This document shows, piece after piece, positions 15,317-16,765 of a stretch of DNA of 16,765 nucleotides (within the stretch, counting starts at the first letter, position 1; each line of letters opens with the position of its first letter). The notes under the pieces were generated by a model. The model ran no database searches. It was not told the DNA's origin and saw nothing but the letters and a program-made list of their open reading frames with translations. The position numbers and the translations under genes were made by a program. Origin of the DNA: Fibrobacterota bacterium (GTDB taxonomy: Bacteria > Fibrobacterota > Fibrobacteria > UBA11236); the NCBI GenBank assembly GCA_043753995.1, contig JAYUVP010000229.1:1-16765 (forward strand). The letters run 5' to 3'.

Positions 15317-16180
15317 TCAGGGTTTGGTAACGAGTTCAGCCTTGATGGACCCGACGGGAATTTTGCTCTGCATTTTCACCGGAACATGTCGGTCATCGTC
15401 GGTCAACCAAATCAATAAGGTGCCTTTGGCTTTGAAAAGTCCATCCCCTTTTAGAATGGGTTCCACCACCAAAGCATCAAAGGTTCCCGCTGGAACGGTG
15501 ACCTTTTCCTTGCGATGGCAAATCACGCGAAGGTTATAGGATTTCTTCCCGGATACCGCCGCCAAATCGAAACTATCGCCAACCTTAAGTGGTTGAGTTC
15601 GAATGAAATAGAAGGCGGATAGCACATCGTGTGTGAAAGGCGCGATGGTGAAACTGGTGTCAGGAGATGTCAATAAATGAAGCCTTTGATTGTAATCGGC
15701 TTGTCCGCGAAAGCGATAGCTGCCCTCATTCAAAATTTTGGAAAAGCGCAGGGGATAAAATCCCTGCGCATGTATCCAGGAGGTCACGGTATCGTGCACG
15801 GGATAAAAGGACTGAAAGAAGTCATTGCACCAAGCCAAGGACCGCATTTTCACGATTTGGGGTGCCGAGGTGGGCAAGAGTTCCAAGGTGGCTTGCCCCG
15901 CATAAATCCAACGAAAACTCCAACCACCCCAAACCAAATTGAAAAGCAGCTTCTCTGGAGCGCGCAAGGATTTACCGAGGGGACGGCGCAAGGTGGTGGT
16001 GTCGAATTCCACCTTTTCAACTGGATTCGGCCTAATTTCCAAGGGCAGGGGGGATTTGCCGCTGGAGTCTGTGCTCGTGCTAGCAATGACCGATGGGATT
16101 TTTTCCCCAGCCCATGGCGATGGTATTGTGGCCAATAGCCAAAGCAGGAGGGCCATGCGCCCCGGTCGCATCCATTGCAT
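15317..16180 (-). CDS. DUF3108-family exported protein
   Basis: Signal peptide; E.L.F...W.....AG.ATL, FYPVHD, DVLSAFYFIR, E.VTVPAGTFDA, IWLTDD.RHVPVK.....VGSIKAEL. The ATG overlaps the purD stop (TAATG), consistent with translational coupling. Confidence 0.85.
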   Translation of the reverse strand: MQWMRPGRMALLLWLLATIPSPWAGEKIPSVIASTSTDSSGKSPLPLEIRPNPVEKVEFDTTTLRRPLGKSLRAPEKLLFNLVWGGWSFRWIYAGQATLELLPTSAPQIVKMRSLAWCNDFFQSFYPVHDTVTSWIHAQGFYPLRFSKILNEGSYRFRGQADYNQRLHLLTSPDTSFTIAPFTHDVLSAFYFIRTQPLKVGDSFDLAAVSGKKSYNLRVICHRKEKVTVPAGTFDALVVEPILKGDGLFKAKGTLLIWLTDDDRHVPVKMQSKIPVGSIKAELVTKP

Positions 16181-16765
16181 TAGGACATGCCACGCAAACG
16201 GCGCAAACCACGATGTCCGATGTCACGGCGTATCATCAGGCCCTTGAAATCGAGGCGCGCCACGCCCGCATAGGCCCGGTGTATGGCTTCGCTCAAGGTG
16301 GCCCCATCGCCGACCACACCCAGCACCCGTCCGCCAGACGAAACCAATTGGCCATCCTTGCTTTGCGTTCCGGCTTGCAATACTTGCACCCCCACCAATT
16401 TTTCCGCCGCCGCAATGCCTGAAATGGCATCGCCCTTTCGGTACTGCCCTGGATACCCTTGTGCGGCGACCACGACCACACAGGTTGCCCTATCCGGTTT
16501 GGCAACGCGCATGTCGGAGAGTCTGCCTTCGACGGCGGCTTCGATTAAATCGAGCAAGTCCTCGTGTAAAAGCGGCAAAACGCATTGGGTTTCGGGATCT
16601 CCCAGCCGACAATTGTATTCCACCACCTTGATGCCCTTGGTCGTCATCATCAAACCCACGAATAAAATACCGCGATAAGGATGTCCTTCTTCTGCCATGC
16701 CGCGCAAGGTCGGTTTTACAATGGCTTCGGCCGCCTCATCGAGAAGGGCTTGAGTCATGATGGGC
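16180..16765 (-). CDS. purD: Phosphoribosylamine--glycine ligase, C-terminal part (runs off the right edge)
   Basis: Y.GILFVGLM, VVEYNCRLGDPETQ, VVAAQGYPG.Y.KG, SSGGRVL, AY.......F.G...RRDIG. Confidence 0.97.
   Translation of the reverse strand, partial: PIMTQALLDEAAEAIVKPTLRGMAEEGHPYRGILFVGLMMTTKGIKVVEYNCRLGDPETQCVLPLLHEDLLDLIEAAVEGRLSDMRVAKPDRATCVVVVAAQGYPGQYRKGDAISGIAAAEKLVGVQVLQAGTQSKDGQLVSSGGRVLGVVGDGATLSEAIHRAYAGVARLDFKGLMIRRDIGHRGLRRLRGMS

Noticed and set aside
1..16765. CRISPR array, tRNA, rRNA, integrase or transposase
   Set aside because: None seen; the only extended tandem repetition noticed is the coding repeat of the histone-like gene.

Overview
Bacterial chromosomal window. 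The lineage is tentatively FCB-group, possibly Fibrobacterota; this is inferred only from protein style. Left to right: the 5' part of a sensor histidine kinase missed by the ORF track (<1-689, -), serS, a divergent TonB-dependent-receptor-like outer-membrane protein, a secreted SGNH hydrolase, a class B DnaJ/CbpA and a small ankyrin lipoprotein. Next come an unannotated ~156-nt rod-shaped RNA that best fits 6S RNA, a stand-alone Hpt protein converging on a pseudo-receiver protein, a 4-TM HemJ/CopD-like membrane protein, and two small orphan ORFs with GC-rich palindromes. The right half holds a T6SS-type ClpV/TssH ATPase with no other T6SS core gene nearby, transcribed divergently from a membrane Ser/Thr kinase (Ig-like + PEGA ectodomain). 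It ends with a histone H1-like Lys/Ala/Pro protein with its own promoter and terminator, a DUF3108 protein and the 3' end of purD. Best leads: the isolated ClpV-kinase divergon, the putative 6S RNA, and the Hpt/pseudo-receiver pair. All family calls are by motif recognition; no database search was run.
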